From UHGV virus genome UHGV-0150885: a DNA stretch of 57,380 nucleotides. The stretch is one strand, 5' to 3'. The DNA comes from a virus. How positions within the stretch are numbered: the first letter of the stretch is position 1; the number at the start of each line of letters is the position of its first letter. The notes under the pieces were generated by a model that saw only the letters and a list, made by a program, of their open reading frames with translations, was not told the origin of the DNA and searched no databases. Below are positions 34,170 through 43,231 of the stretch, one piece after another. The position numbers and the translations under genes are program-made.

Positions 34170-35219
34170 ATGTACTTTACTAAAGAAAATTTAGCCGCTA
34201 ATAGCCGCCTTCAAGCGCATTGGGCTGAACTGTGGGCGCAACGTAATATCTTCAACGTTCAGCATAACGCCATGATTGCAGCTAACAAAGCAAACATGAC
34301 CACTGAAATGTTGGCATGTAACGCCGTCGGCGGCTTCGAGAAAGAATTCTGGAAAGAAATCGATAACCAGATCATCGAACTGAACACCGAAGAAATCGGT
34401 ATCGAGATCGTCAACGACCTGATGGCTGTACAAACCGTACTGCCTATCGGTAAAACGCTGAAAATGTACAGCGTGGCTGGCGATATTAACGATGAGGTCG
34501 TAATGTCTATGGACGGTCAAGTTCCGCATGGCTTCGACCACACCGAATACGGTAGCGATGGCGACCCGATCCCGATGTTCGCAGCGGGTTACGGTGTTAA
34601 CTGGCGTCATGCCGCTGGCCTGAATACCGTAGGCATTGACCTTGCACTGGATAGCCAGCGCCTGAAACTGAAAAAATTCAACAAAGCACGCGTCGATTTT
34701 TATCTGAACGGCAATGAACGCATGGTTGTTGATGGTCATAAAGCAATGGGCCTGAAAAACCACAAAAACACTCAACAGCTTACTTTGACCATTGACCTGA
34801 CTACCGCAGGCTTTGAAGAGATTATCGATTTCTTCACCGTTGGTGAATTCGGTGTACTGGCCCGCAACAACTTCGTTGCTAAATACGATCGTCTGTGGGT
34901 ATCCCCGGAAATCATGGCTAACCTGGCACGTCCGCACATCGTTAACGGTGCTATCGTTGGTAGTGTTCTGGATATTATCAAACCGTTTGCCCCGGTTGGT
35001 GAAATTACTCAGACCTTCGCCCTGAAAGGCAACGAAATTCTCGGCTATCAACGCCGTAAAGATGTAGTTACCCCACTGATCGGTATGACTACTGGTGTAG
35101 TACCGCTGCCGCGTATGATGCCGACCGACAACTATAACTTCCGCATCATGTCAGCAGAAGGTTTACAAATCACTTCCGACATGCTGGGCCGTTCCGGTGT
35201 CGTTTACGGTCACGAATAA
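34170..35219 (+). CDS. Major capsid protein
   Basis: 349 aa; position after scaffold-like gene; followed by strong terminator; good SD. Confidence 0.65.
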   Translation: MYFTKENLAANSRLQAHWAELWAQRNIFNVQHNAMIAANKANMTTEMLACNAVGGFEKEFWKEIDNQIIELNTEEIGIEIVNDLMAVQTVLPIGKTLKMYSVAGDINDEVVMSMDGQVPHGFDHTEYGSDGDPIPMFAAGYGVNWRHAAGLNTVGIDLALDSQRLKLKKFNKARVDFYLNGNERMVVDGHKAMGLKNHKNTQQLTLTIDLTTAGFEEIIDFFTVGEFGVLARNNFVAKYDRLWVSPEIMANLARPHIVNGAIVGSVLDIIKPFAPVGEITQTFALKGNEILGYQRRKDVVTPLIGMTTGVVPLPRMMPTDNYNFRIMSAEGLQITSDMLGRSGVVYGHE

Positions 35220-35239
35220 TCTATCTGTTTCCTGTAACT

Positions 35240-35267
35240 CCCCGGCGCGATGCCGGGGATTTTTTTT
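35240..35267 (+). terminator. Strong Rho-independent terminator after major capsid gene
   Basis: CCCCGGC-GCGAT-GCCGGGG hairpin followed by T8. Confidence 0.7.
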
Positions 35268-35285
35268 GTATGTGGAGCAAACAAA

Positions 35286-35672
35286 ATGGTCACTACAGAA
35301 CAGGCGCGGGAATATCTTGAAAGCCAGGGTATTGACCTGCCAGACATTATCTTGTCTTTGATGGTGGAGCAGGCTAACAGCGTTAATGAATGCCTTGATG
35401 CCAATTATCCGGCCTCCACTGCAACATTGATCCAACTTTACCTGATTGGCCTGTTAGGACTCACGCAGGCGAATAAATACGTTTCCTCACACACAGGCCC
35501 GAACGGCGCAAGCCAGTCTTACCGCTACGTTGATTTCAATAAAAAATGGAAGGCAGCTTGCTCGTTGCTTCGCTCAATTGACAAACATAATTGCACAGCC
35601 GAACTAATCCCGGCAGATCCCGAAGCTACCGCGCACGCCGGACTATGGATTGGTAAAAGCGGGAGGATGTAA
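35286..35672 (+). CDS. Head-tail connector/completion protein (putative)
   Basis: 128 aa; position in head-tail joining block. Confidence 0.45.
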   Translation: MVTTEQAREYLESQGIDLPDIILSLMVEQANSVNECLDANYPASTATLIQLYLIGLLGLTQANKYVSSHTGPNGASQSYRYVDFNKKWKAACSLLRSIDKHNCTAELIPADPEATAHAGLWIGKSGRM

Positions 35673-35674
35673 CC

Positions 35675-35860
35675 ATGTGGAATGACCTAACGTTACCGAA
35701 TCCGGTATTACCGAAGCTGTTTACCCGCGTATGGGTGAAGACTGACACCGGGCGACAGGTGGCGGCCTACCTCAATGATGCTGGTCAGTGGGTAATTCTT
35801 TGCCCGCGCGTGGCGAAAACCCATCCAAAAATTGTTAAGTGGAGCTATGGTTATGAGTAA
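35675..35860 (+). CDS. Hypothetical structural-module protein (61 aa)
   Basis: ORF track. Confidence 0.4.
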   Translation: MWNDLTLPNPVLPKLFTRVWVKTDTGRQVAAYLNDAGQWVILCPRVAKTHPKIVKWSYGYE

Positions 35861-36221
35861 GATCGCGCGATTCAGCTACAAGGCATTAGCCACCATTTAC
35901 CCCGTGACGCATGACGACTGGACAAACTCCGATGTATACGGTGAGCCGTACCTGGTTAACTGTGCATGGGAGCGCACCGACGGCACAGCGACTGACTCAA
36001 ACGGCAACGAGGTTAGCAATACGATAACCGTGTTTACCGAACTGCTTTACAATATGCAGCCAGTACAGCGCCCGGAAAAAGGCTGGATGATTGCCACTGG
36101 CGACACTACTGATATTCTCGATCCGCTGGCGGCTGGGGCCAATATTATTACCGGAATTGTTGAATGGGACATGAGCATGTTTAACGACACACCGGATTAT
36201 AAAATTGTGACAGGGGGTTAA
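35853..36221 (+). CDS. Head-tail adaptor-like protein (putative)
   Basis: Start MSKIARF with GGAG SD; head-tail joining block. Confidence 0.45.
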   Translation: MSKIARFSYKALATIYPVTHDDWTNSDVYGEPYLVNCAWERTDGTATDSNGNEVSNTITVFTELLYNMQPVQRPEKGWMIATGDTTDILDPLAAGANIITGIVEWDMSMFNDTPDYKIVTGG

Positions 36222-36223
36222 TT

Positions 36224-36688
36224 ATGCCGATTAAGGGAGTGAAGCGCGTAAGGGAGCGATTGAAGCAGGAATTAAAGGAAATAACCGACAAGAAGACGCA
36301 TGAGGTTTTATGGCGTGTCGGTATGCTGGCTGGTGGCTTTGCTGCGAATATGACGCCAGTCGATACGGGTTTTTTAATCAACAGCCAGTTCCAATATATA
36401 GGCAAGACGGCGGAAGGCTTGCAATTGCGCCTGGGGTATACGGCCCGCTACGCCGAATGGGTGCATGATATGCCGGGCACATTAAAAGGCCAGCCGCGCG
36501 AAGATTTCGGTAAAACAAATAACCTTTCAGATTTCGGACCGAAACAGGTAATTAGTTTCGGCGGCGGTACTGGCAAGGATAAATATTGGGACCCAAACGC
36601 GGAGCCTGGATTTTTGCGTAAGGCATTCGAAGATCCTAACCACGCTGATGATATTTATAAAGAGATTGTAGAAGGTTACAAAGTATGA
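36224..36688 (+). CDS. HK97 gp10-like head-tail joining protein (putative)
   Basis: 154 aa; LAGGFAANMTPVDTGFLINS resembles gp10-family TG.L..S motif. Confidence 0.5.
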   Translation: MPIKGVKRVRERLKQELKEITDKKTHEVLWRVGMLAGGFAANMTPVDTGFLINSQFQYIGKTAEGLQLRLGYTARYAEWVHDMPGTLKGQPREDFGKTNNLSDFGPKQVISFGGGTGKDKYWDPNAEPGFLRKAFEDPNHADDIYKEIVEGYKV

Positions 36689-37071
36689 AGCGCAGCGAAG
36701 TCTACGACAATGTAAGGGATTGGATACAATCCCACGGATACGATGAGGGCTATATTTTGCAGGCCCGTTTCTGGAATGAGCGAAGTAATTCGAATAATGA
36801 CAGATACATCGTAATCCAACAGAACGGCGGCGCACCGGGAGAGGAAGCCATTACCCGCGACTATTTTCGCATACTGGTTATTTCTGCGCGTAATGACGCA
36901 AATATCAGTGAAGTGGAAGACCTGGCGGACGCCATCCGGCAAAGTATGTTAAGTGAATTTAAAACTGATAAAATTACACTCATGAAGCCAACAGGCGCTA
37001 TTCCGGTGATGCAGACAAGGGAAGGGCGCTTTATTTTCACAGTAGCTTTTCAGACCATCATATCTAGATAA
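36685..37071 (+). CDS. Tail completion/terminator-like protein (putative)
   Basis: 128 aa; immediately upstream of major tail protein. Confidence 0.45.
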   Translation: MKRSEVYDNVRDWIQSHGYDEGYILQARFWNERSNSNNDRYIVIQQNGGAPGEEAITRDYFRILVISARNDANISEVEDLADAIRQSMLSEFKTDKITLMKPTGAIPVMQTREGRFIFTVAFQTIISR

Positions 37072-37084
37072 GAGGTAAAATAAC

Positions 37085-37597
37085 ATGTCTCAAACTTGCG
37101 AAAAAGGCACATTTACAGGCCGCGACGTCGCGGTATTCTTCGCTATTGCTTGCCCGAATGCGAAGCCAGCCGATGAGGAATACCAGGCATTAGGCATGAT
37201 GCGCGGTAAAACGCTTTCCGTTGAATGGGAAACTGCCGACGCCACCGCTGATAAATCAGCAGATTACACAAAGGAATCAATGGTAACTTACAAATCTGTT
37301 ACCTTCTCCGGTGATGGCGTATCCCGTACCGAAGAAATCCATAACCAGAAGGCACTAAAACGTCACGTAATGACGCCAGGCGAGGCCACTGGTAATCAGC
37401 CGTATGTGTGGTTGAAAATTGTTTCCCCGCTTGATGTGACCGAAGGCCCATTTCTTTGCACCAGCTTTGAAGAGGAAAATCCTCACGATGATGTTTCTAC
37501 CTGGTCTATTGAATGTTCAAGCGCCGGACAAGTAGGCGTTGATGATCTTCCGGTAGAAGAAGACGCCGGAACAGAAGAAGAACAGCAAACCGAATAA
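37085..37597 (+). CDS. Major tail (tube) protein (putative)
   Basis: 170 aa; strong SD; followed by terminator; position before chaperone/tape measure. Confidence 0.55.
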   Translation: MSQTCEKGTFTGRDVAVFFAIACPNAKPADEEYQALGMMRGKTLSVEWETADATADKSADYTKESMVTYKSVTFSGDGVSRTEEIHNQKALKRHVMTPGEATGNQPYVWLKIVSPLDVTEGPFLCTSFEEENPHDDVSTWSIECSSAGQVGVDDLPVEEDAGTEEEQQTE

Positions 37598-37605
37598 CAT
37601 TTGAT

Positions 37606-37629
37606 GGGGCCATCCGGCCCCTTTCTTTT
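37606..37629 (+). terminator. Rho-independent terminator after major tail gene
   Basis: GGGGCC-ATCC-GGCCCC hairpin + TTTCTTTT. Confidence 0.6.
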
Positions 37630-37632
37630 AGG

Positions 37633-38319
37633 GTGATAATTATGATTCATGTTCGTACCGGACAATTTGCGGCGGTGGTGGATAATAAACGCTACGTGTT
37701 TAACCCCTGCTTCGCTGCAATGGCGAAAATTGGCGGCGATCGTGAGCTTGTCCAGTTATTCGCAACCATTCACGGTAGCAAGTATCCCTCCCGCCTGCCT
37801 AACGATCCAGACCTCCGTAATCGCATTCTGGCGCGGTGTTATGGTGAGATAGTGCAATCGTCCATCCATATCCTGAAATGTTGCTCTGACGACGATATAA
37901 CAGACCTGGTGGGCGAATGTCGATTTACTCCTGCGGGCAAGCTACGACAGAAACCCGGATTAATGCCAACCGAAGATATTATCACGCTGGCACAGCATTG
38001 CATGTACCACGGTCTAATCGGTGACGGGCCGGAAGAAGACGCCGGAGAGATCCCGGAAGGGGAATATAAGCCAGCCTTTAACGTGCTGGAATTCGTTTAT
38101 TCTGCCGTTGCTCACCTGGGATTATCTGAATCGGAAGCATGGGCCATGACCATGACCGGATATAGGGCCGCTGTACGCGCTAAAATGCCGCCAGACGCGA
38201 AAAACGAGAAAGCTAAACCAAACGTTCAGATAAATAAACAGGTTTATGACGAGCGAATGGAGGCCGCTAGAAAGGCACTGGAAAGAATGAAAAATCGCAG
38301 GCAGAAAAAAGCCCGGTAG
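37633..38319 (+). CDS. Tail assembly chaperone-like protein (putative)
   Basis: 228 aa; located between major tail and tape measure; Lys-rich C-terminus. Confidence 0.4.
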   Translation: MIIMIHVRTGQFAAVVDNKRYVFNPCFAAMAKIGGDRELVQLFATIHGSKYPSRLPNDPDLRNRILARCYGEIVQSSIHILKCCSDDDITDLVGECRFTPAGKLRQKPGLMPTEDIITLAQHCMYHGLIGDGPEEDAGEIPEGEYKPAFNVLEFVYSAVAHLGLSESEAWAMTMTGYRAAVRAKMPPDAKNEKAKPNVQINKQVYDERMEAARKALERMKNRRQKKAR

Positions 38320-38336
38320 ATCCGGGCGTTTTGTTT
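38305..38336. terminator. Bidirectional Rho-independent terminator between convergent genes
   Basis: A6-GCCCGG-TAGAT-CCGGGC-GTTTTGTTT. Confidence 0.6.
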
Positions 38337-38337
38337 A

Positions 38338-38691
38338 TTAGGCCGCGCCAGCGTTGATTCTGTTATGGATTGCGTGCCCCTTTATTTCTCCATGTCTGAA
38401 CACTTCCGCGACTTCGGGATCTTTATTTTCCGCTTTCAATGCTTCGTATTTTTCGTGTATTTTTCTTGCTTTAACTATTTCCTTGTCAAGAAATGGTATT
38501 AAGGCTTTTTGTTTACACGCCATGTCAAAAATAATTTCTTTATACCCCGTACCGTCACCGTGTCTTATGTCGTACAGGTGCGCGGCGTGAGCGCATTCAT
38601 AAATAGCCTTATCCATTTTATCGTCGGCGTGGGCGTTAAATGCAAAACCAACCAGCGCCACCATCATTACTACTTTCGCTAACCGTTTCAT
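38338..38691 (-). CDS. Secreted/periplasmic moron protein with signal peptide
   Basis: 117 aa; MKRLAKVVMMVALVGFAFNAHA signal peptide; reverse orientation inside tail operon. Confidence 0.55.
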   Translation of the reverse strand: MKRLAKVVMMVALVGFAFNAHADDKMDKAIYECAHAAHLYDIRHGDGTGYKEIIFDMACKQKALIPFLDKEIVKARKIHEKYEALKAENKDPEVAEVFRHGEIKGHAIHNRINAGAA

Positions 38692-38702
38692 AAAACACCC
38701 CG

Positions 38703-38927
38703 TTAAATATCAGCAATTTTTACAATGTTTTTGTCTTTAATGATTCTATTGCCGACTTGAAACCCTTTAACTAATCTCAACCAGGCTTCCTTTTGTGCTG
38801 GGTGATCAATGTGCTCCCATTCCTTGTTATTGTTTCTCCCGGCGTACACTTCGCCGTCGATGATTTTAAATTGTTCGCCTTTGTGGAAGCCACCAATTTT
38901 TTCATAGATACCATCATAACGTTTCAT
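38703..38927 (-). CDS. Moron protein (74 aa), hypothetical
   Basis: Same 5' translation-initiation sequence (GGGGTGTTTTATGAAACG) as downstream gene. Confidence 0.5.
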   Translation of the reverse strand: MKRYDGIYEKIGGFHKGEQFKIIDGEVYAGRNNNKEWEHIDHPAQKEAWLRLVKGFQVGNRIIKDKNIVKIADI

Positions 38928-38979
38928 AAAACACCCCCACTTAATTGTTTTGTTTAACTATCTTTTCCTTTGACTTCCT

Positions 38980-39021
38980 TATACAAAATGGAGTCGGTAA
39001 AGTAAAGCCATTTTGTATAAA
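38980..39021. promoter_or_regulatory. Palindromic divergent promoter unit: TATACAAAATGG -16- CCATTTTGTATA, with TATAAA/TATAAG -10 hexamers in both orientations
   Basis: Perfect 12-bp inverted repeat; each box sits 24 nt upstream of a -10-like hexamer on its strand. Confidence 0.45.
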
Positions 39022-39058
39022 ATAGAGGCACAGATCACATTTTGTATGAGGTTAAATC

Positions 39059-41401
39059 ATGGCTACCAGTTTAGGTACAATTTATTACGAGATCGACGCC
39101 AAAACAGGGCAACTCCTTGTCGTACAGCGACAGGCCGATCAGACATTCGACAGTATCGAGCGCGGCGCAAAACGTGCTGACCGCCAGGTTAATACACTGA
39201 AAACATCAATCAAAGCACTGACCAGGGTTATCCACCTGTTAGTCGCAGCGGAGGCCGTGCGCCAGTTTATTGACATGGCAGAGCAGGCAAAACAGCTACG
39301 CATAAAAATCAAAATGCTGACAGGTGACGCAGAAAGCGCAAACCGGGTTTTTGATGGCCTTAAATCTATCGCTCACCAGACCGGGCAAAGTATTAAAGAT
39401 ACAACCGACCTATGGCAAGGTTTAGCCATCTCATTAAAAAATACATCTGCCACCGAAGGGCAGATCCTTAATCTGGTAGGCACGCTTCAAAAAATGGGGG
39501 CGTTAGGCGGGGCATCAGCCGAACAAATGTCTAACTCCATGCGCCAATTCCGGCAGGCGGTTGACGGCGGCGTACTGCGTGCGGAAGAATTTAACAGTTT
39601 ACTGGAAAACACCCCAACCATCGTACAAACAATGGCAAAACAAATGGGGTTATCAATGGGCCAGTTCCGCGCCGAAATGCTGGAAGGTAAGATCACCGCT
39701 GAAAGAATGGTCAACGCTATCCAGGCGGCAACGAAAGAAACAAACGAGCAATTTGAACAACTCCCGCGCACGTCCGGCGTTGCGTTCAATTCGCTAAAAA
39801 TCGAAGTCATGGGACTGGTTGAAAAACTCGATGATCTATTAGGCGTGTCAGACAGAGTGGTCACTATCCTGGATAATACTGCCACTGGTGGACGATGGCT
39901 GGGCGAAAAAGTGAGTTTTGCAGCTAACTGCTTTAATACATTGAAGCGCGCTGGAGGTGAGTTTATCGACATGTTTGATGATGTTGCGGTTAAGGCTAAG
40001 GAGGTTGCCGACAAGATCATCGAAATGGTGACGCCAATTAAGGCAATGATGGATGCTTATAAGTGGGCGAAGGAATTGGTCGGAAAAAGCAAGGATGAAT
40101 ATAACAGCGATCCGTTCAAGAAATACGGTAAACGCTTAGGTTGGGCGATGTTAGCATGGGAAGACCATCAAGGAATGCTTAAACGCACAGAAGAAGCGCA
40201 GAAGGAAGAACAAGCCTCAAATAATGATGGCAGTATCACCGGATTTGACAAACCAGTTGGCAAGCCGAAAAAACAGAAGAAAGCGAAAAAATCAGACTAT
40301 GACCGCTTAGGCGATCAGGGTATCAGTGTTTCCGACCAGTACAACAAAGACGCCGCCGCCATGCGCAAAGCATTAAAGAGCGGCATGGCCATTGATGCTG
40401 CCTTCGCCCAGGGCAAAATCACGCTCCTTGAATACAAAGGCGCTATGAAGGGCATAAGAGAAGAAAGGGATCGCACGCTGGCTGGACTTGAAGCCGAAGC
40501 CTTGCAAGATAAATGGGATAACATGATTAATCCTATGGATAAACTCAAAGGGCAAGTAGATCCCATTCAGCAGGCGCAAAATGAATGGGCCATCCGTAAG
40601 CAAATGTTGTTAGATCTGAACGCCTCAGAGGCACAAATCCGGGCTGAACAACTCCAGCATGAGCAAACCATCGCCAACCTGAAGTGGGAACAATGGCAGG
40701 CGCAAAGCGATACTAACGCCCTAATAGGCGATTGCGTCAGCGGCTTAAAAGGCGGCATGAGCAACGCTATCACCGGATTATTGAACGGTACGCAATCCCT
40801 CAGTGAGATGTTTGCTAACCTGGGAAGCAATATACTCGGTACGGTGGGTAACAGGCTTGCCGACATTGCCGGGAACTGGATAGCCGATCAAATCATGATG
40901 GAAAGTCAGAGTAAGGCAACGCAAGCCAGCACCACGGCTGGCGCGGTAGCGGCGCAAGGTCAGATTGCAGCGGCAGCGGCCCCGGCGGCAGCGGCGACAG
41001 CGGCGTCAACTGGCGGTAGCTGGGCGGCGGCTGGCGCGGCGGCACTATCCGCGATCATGTCACTGGCGACGTCGATTTTCGGCGGCGGGCGCTACAACGG
41101 CGGCGCGGTTAACGGTGGCAATCTTTACAGGGTTGGTGAGCACGGTATACCAGAACTGTTTACTACCACTGGCGGGAAACAGTACATGATCCCCGGTGAA
41201 GGTGGGCGTGTTACACCAGGCCGCGACCTGGGCGGCAGCGGTGGCATCAACATGCCTGTCAGTATCACAGTTCAAACGACAAACGGTTTTAGTGATGATG
41301 ATAGCCGCAGACTTGAAGACACAATGAAGCGCGTAGCTATGAGTGTAGTCAGAGAACAAAGCACGCGTCCTGGCGGCATATTGCAACCACGCCGCAAATA
41401 A
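39059..41401 (+). CDS. H: Tail tape measure protein
   Basis: 780 aa; long helical protein with Gly/Ala-rich C-terminal segment; position before gpM. Confidence 0.85.
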   Translation: MATSLGTIYYEIDAKTGQLLVVQRQADQTFDSIERGAKRADRQVNTLKTSIKALTRVIHLLVAAEAVRQFIDMAEQAKQLRIKIKMLTGDAESANRVFDGLKSIAHQTGQSIKDTTDLWQGLAISLKNTSATEGQILNLVGTLQKMGALGGASAEQMSNSMRQFRQAVDGGVLRAEEFNSLLENTPTIVQTMAKQMGLSMGQFRAEMLEGKITAERMVNAIQAATKETNEQFEQLPRTSGVAFNSLKIEVMGLVEKLDDLLGVSDRVVTILDNTATGGRWLGEKVSFAANCFNTLKRAGGEFIDMFDDVAVKAKEVADKIIEMVTPIKAMMDAYKWAKELVGKSKDEYNSDPFKKYGKRLGWAMLAWEDHQGMLKRTEEAQKEEQASNNDGSITGFDKPVGKPKKQKKAKKSDYDRLGDQGISVSDQYNKDAAAMRKALKSGMAIDAAFAQGKITLLEYKGAMKGIREERDRTLAGLEAEALQDKWDNMINPMDKLKGQVDPIQQAQNEWAIRKQMLLDLNASEAQIRAEQLQHEQTIANLKWEQWQAQSDTNALIGDCVSGLKGGMSNAITGLLNGTQSLSEMFANLGSNILGTVGNRLADIAGNWIADQIMMESQSKATQASTTAGAVAAQGQIAAAAAPAAAATAASTGGSWAAAGAAALSAIMSLATSIFGGGRYNGGAVNGGNLYRVGEHGIPELFTTTGGKQYMIPGEGGRVTPGRDLGGSGGINMPVSITVQTTNGFSDDDSRRLEDTMKRVAMSVVREQSTRPGGILQPRRK

Positions 41402-41405
41402 ACAA

Positions 41406-41436
41406 AACCCCGGTACAATGCCGGGGTTATCTTTTA
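41406..41436. terminator. Bidirectional terminator after tape measure gene
   Basis: CCCCGG-TACAATG-CCGGGG hairpin + TTATCTTTTATT. Confidence 0.6.
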
Positions 41437-41616
41437 TTCAACTTCGTCGTTTTTAAATTCGTTGTTTACATAAAGCTGTAATGCTTTTATTAGTTCGGCG
41501 GCTTGCTTTTTGTCTATTACGATAAGTTCGCAGTCGCTTTCAAGCCATAATCTTTCGTCATACTCAATGCTAAGAGTGATTCGCCTACATTCTTCCGTTT
41601 CATTAATAATCATCAT
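41434..41616 (-). CDS. Moron protein (60 aa), hypothetical
   Basis: ORF track; last gene of reverse-oriented 3-gene cassette. Confidence 0.45.
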   Translation of the reverse strand: MMIINETEECRRITLSIEYDERLWLESDCELIVIDKKQAAELIKALQLYVNNEFKNDEVE

Positions 41617-41723
41617 TTACCCCTATAATCGACCATTCCGCGCGACATATCCCCTTCCGAAAATCACCTGCCAAATATTCCAGATCTCCCGCCATGTAAA
41701 TTTATCATCTTCCATATCCCACC

Positions 41724-41978
41724 TCACTTATGGCAACCGCGCACGCCGCATAATTCATTGTATTTGTGGTGTTCAACAATTAACCAAACCTTTAAGTCCT
41801 GACTGTAAAGCCGCCAGTCGGGGTTAATATCCATTTTGTAGCCGTATCCATCGCGTAATTTTTTGGGGTAGGCTTCTTTTCTCAGGAAAGCGTTTAATAA
41901 AGCCTTACCTTTTTTGATGATCCGGTCCTGTGCGTTTTTCTGTGCTTTCAGGTTTTTATCAATCGCTACCAGTTTCAT
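41724..41978 (-). CDS. Moron protein (84 aa), basic, hypothetical
   Basis: ORF track. Confidence 0.5.
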   Translation of the reverse strand: MKLVAIDKNLKAQKNAQDRIIKKGKALLNAFLRKEAYPKKLRDGYGYKMDINPDWRLYSQDLKVWLIVEHHKYNELCGVRGCHK

Positions 41979-41997
41979 AGCCCACCCCCATCATCCT

Positions 41998-42165
41998 TAG
42001 TTGACCGCTTTCAGGTAGAAATCCCGATATTCGTTTGCTTTCACGTTCATGTAGAACTGGCCCATTTTGAACGCATCATCGAAGCCTTTAACAATCGCTA
42101 CTTCTACTTGTTCGAATGCGTCGTTAAGCATTACGACTGCGTAGTGTTTATCGTTGCCTTTCATC
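41998..42165 (-). CDS. Moron protein (55 aa), hypothetical
   Basis: MKGNDKHYAVVMLNDAFEQVEVAIVKGFDDAFKMGQFYMNVKANEYRDFYLKAVN; strong SD AAGGAGG. Confidence 0.45.
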
Positions 42166-42205
42166 TTGGGCCTCCTTTGTTGGTACTGCTTTCTTCTTGC
42201 TTTCT

Positions 42206-42247
42206 ATATACATCTTGTTGCGTCCTGTGTGAAGCCATTTTGTAAAC
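42206..42247 (-). promoter_or_regulatory. Candidate promoter for reverse cassette 2 (TTTACAAAATGG box, 24 nt, -10 TATATA)
   Basis: Same box-to--10 spacing as the other promoter-family members. Confidence 0.45.
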
Positions 42248-42332
42248 TGGTTATAATTCTTGTGATGAATATCTCATTTTTCGCGTAGCAACGCGTAAAG
42301 ATGTACACAAAATGTAACTTATAGGGGGAAGT

Positions 42333-42686
42333 ATGCCGGAAGTGTTTACCTGGACGCCGCAGCGAAGCTACAGCGTAACCAGGGAGCCAAACGTATCGGT
42401 CGTCAAGCTGGGTGATGGTTATGAGCAACGCCAGGTTAAGGGGATTAATCCCTTGCTCGACGACTACAGCGTGGTTTTTAAAGGTTCGAGCGCCGGATGT
42501 GGTGACGCTGGCAATCCAGCGGTCCAGGCAGAGGCGTTTTTACGGGCGCGCGGCGCGGTCGAGGCGTTTTACTGGACACCATCAATGGATGGGGAGCAAA
42601 GGCTTTTTGTCTGCCGAAAATGGAACATGACGAAAGACGGCCCTGTATACACGCTAACCGCGACATTTGAACAAGTTATCAATTAA
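42333..42686 (+). CDS. M: Minor tail protein M
   Basis: 117 aa; colinear with lambda gpM (VKLGDGYEQRQ, FYWTP, ATFEQVIN vs lambda RFGDGYSQRA, FLWTPP, AEFEQVVN). Confidence 0.85.
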   Translation: MPEVFTWTPQRSYSVTREPNVSVVKLGDGYEQRQVKGINPLLDDYSVVFKGSSAGCGDAGNPAVQAEAFLRARGAVEAFYWTPSMDGEQRLFVCRKWNMTKDGPVYTLTATFEQVIN

Positions 42687-42695
42687 GGGGGCAAC

Positions 42696-42881
42696 ATGTA
42701 CGGGATGTGCGTTAAGACGGGCGATGAATCATTTACGCTATTCGAAGACTATCAGATCGATAACCTCACGGTAGTGAGTGACAAGGGCGACACCTGGTAT
42801 CTGCATGACTACGGCGACGGGTATGTGGGATGCAGATCATACGAAGGGAAGGAGTATTTATTTCTGATTGAGGGCGTTTAA
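42696..42881 (+). CDS. Hypothetical protein (61 aa)
   Basis: ORF track; SD AAGGGGG; inserted between M and L. Confidence 0.45.
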   Translation: MYGMCVKTGDESFTLFEDYQIDNLTVVSDKGDTWYLHDYGDGYVGCRSYEGKEYLFLIEGV

Positions 42882-42882
42882 T

Positions 42883-42969
42883 ATGCTGATTGATGGTTTA
42901 GTAATGGTATTCATTATCGCGGTAGGTATGGCTATTTTTTACGAAATCGATAGCCGGAACGACAAATAA
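42883..42969 (+). CDS. Tiny hydrophobic peptide (28 aa)
   Basis: MLIDGLVMVFIIAVGMAIFYEIDSRNDK. Confidence 0.35.
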   Translation: MLIDGLVMVFIIAVGMAIFYEIDSRNDK

Positions 42970-42976
42970 AATAACA

Positions 42977-42998
42977 CCCCGCCGGAGCGGGGTTTTTC
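42977..42998 (+). terminator. Rho-independent terminator
   Basis: CCCCGC-CGGA-GCGGGG + TTTTTCG. Confidence 0.6.
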
Positions 42999-43002
42999 GT
43001 GT

Positions 43003-43140
43003 TAGAAGTTCATGTGCATCAATCCCATTGGGTGAGCGTGTGCCATATTCTCAGCTATTGCGCACCAGTCCAAATCCGCAGCGTGTACGCCAAATACTAT
43101 CAATCCCATTGCTATTAGTGCTAAAACTTCGATTTTCATG
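43003..43140 (-). CDS. Small secreted peptide with signal sequence (45 aa)
   Basis: MKIEVLALIAMGLIVFGVHAADLDW... Confidence 0.35.
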
Positions 43141-43150
43141 ATTCACTCCG

Positions 43151-43231
43151 TTAATTCAGAAAGGCATAAACAATGGCGATTGCGCCAGCCACTACCAGAA
43201 CATTTTCAATTACTTCGTCCACTCTATTCAT
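43151..43231 (-). CDS. Tiny hydrophobic peptide (26 aa)
   Basis: MNRVDEVIENVLVVAGAIAIVYAFLN. Confidence 0.25.
   Translation of the reverse strand: MNRVDEVIENVLVVAGAIAIVYAFLN

Noticed and set aside
34191-35051. 286-aa - strand ORF inside the major capsid gene
   Set aside because: Shadow ORF fully antisense to a well-supported structural gene in a unidirectional late operon.
39487-41386. ORFs of 74-177 aa on both strands within the tape measure gene
   Set aside because: Alternative-frame or antisense ORFs inside a long, well-supported gene; compositionally biased.
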